From a virus, in the IMG/VR virus record IMGVR_UViG_3300024991_000028: a DNA stretch of 39,674 nucleotides. One strand, given 5' to 3'. Positions 39,225 through 39,674 of this stretch are shown in pieces (the first letter of the stretch is position 1; the number at the start of each line of letters is the position of its first letter). The notes under the pieces were generated by a model. It had not been told where the DNA came from and did not search any database. It saw nothing but the letters and a program-made list of their open reading frames with translations. Made by a program: the position numbers and the translations under genes.

Positions 39225-39540
39225 GGCTCTCGGCCATCTCGCGGTGTCGCGCGGCCTCCTTGAGGCGTTGCGCCCGCTGTCTGCCGAACAGCGAGTAGGC
39301 GGCACTCTCCCCGTCAGGATTGTCGTACGTCGTGGCGGTGTGGAGAACTGTCTCGGCCTCGACGGTGGCTTCGATGGCGTCGGCGAGGGCGATCAGGTCG
39401 GCGGCGAAGTCGTCGCGGTTCGTCTGCGACGTCGAGTCGCTGTCGTAGCGGCTCTTGCTGATGAGGACATTGCGTGCGGCGTCGGTCTCGGCCTCTTTGG
39501 CCAGCTCGTAGGTCCGGAACATGGCGTGCGGGTCGGTCAC
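39211..39540 (-). CDS. Hypothetical protein on the opposite strand, tail-to-tail overlap with terL
   Basis: 109 aa, helical, non-shadow-like composition (Asp/Glu/Ala/Thr-rich, few Arg/Gly/Pro). Visibly lower GC than its neighbours. Confidence 0.6.
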   Translation of the reverse strand: MTDPHAMFRTYELAKEAETDAARNVLISKSRYDSDSTSQTNRDDFAADLIALADAIEATVEAETVLHTATTYDNPDGESAAYSLFGRQRAQRLKEAARHREMAESLTRG

Positions 39541-39547
39541 GGGGCGA

Positions 39548-39674
39548 GCGTATCGACGCGGATCCGGTGGGCTCGGCGCCAGGCGTTGCCTCGTCGTTGG
39601 CTCCGGACGAGGGTAGGGCGGTGACCGCCGCGCTGCCCCGCTCCGACGCCCAGTTCCTCGACCGCATCGAGGCC
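39548..39674. repeat. Terminal overlap copy 2 (identical to 1-127)
   Basis: Same 127-bp string as the window start. It runs into the start of ORF 20..538, so the linearisation point is arbitrary. Confidence 0.95.

Larger units (their letters stand above)
1..39674. mobile_element. Complete temperate siphovirus genome (HK97-like, probably cos-type), circularly closed assembly
   Basis: Full packaging, head, tail, lysis, lysogeny and early gene set in one window. First 127 bp equal last 127 bp. Confidence 0.9.

Overview
The window is one complete, circularly closed phage genome. Bases 1-127 are identical to 39548-39674, leaving about 39,547 bp of unique sequence. It looks like a temperate, HK97-like, probably cos-type siphovirus from a very GC-rich actinobacterial host; GC content was judged by eye, not computed. 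Almost every gene is on the + strand and tightly packed, with many ATGA/GTGA start-stop overlaps.

Gene order:
- 36406-39224: HNH endonuclease, putative cos region, small and large terminase.
- 39211-734 across the junction: a small accessory island, including one reversed gene.
- 774-6700: portal, MuF-like protein, scaffold, HK97-fold capsid, four head-tail joining genes and the major tail protein.
- 7026-15108: tail chaperone with a -1 frameshift, a 1180-aa tape measure carrying two peptidoglycan hydrolase domains, Dit and minor tail proteins.
- 15402-16536: amidase endolysin and holin.
- 16895-19459: a second tail-fibre block downstream of lysis.
- 19486-20558: two membrane-anchored proteins.
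- 20813-24361: lysogeny region with a leftward four-gene cassette (two coupled micro-ORFs, an Ltp-repeat protein, a PH-like protein), an Xis-like gene, a tyrosine integrase, an XRE repressor and a divergent Cro-like gene.
- 24358-36923: about 35 early genes, including a PD-(D/E)XK exonuclease and RecT separated by an HNH gene, a replication organizer, RuvC and many zinc-ribbon micro-proteins.

No tRNA, rRNA, CRISPR array or reverse transcriptase was seen.

The candidates most worth follow-up:
- The leftward lysogeny cassette.
- A repressor 3' tail with collapsed codon bias, which could mean attP lies inside the repressor gene.
- The accessory island between terminase and portal.
- The lysis cassette nested among tail genes.
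- An unusual CTGA junction at 19812.
- A motif repeated three times at the 3' ends of three consecutive early genes.

All functional calls rest on reading the translations and recalling motifs. No database search was run.
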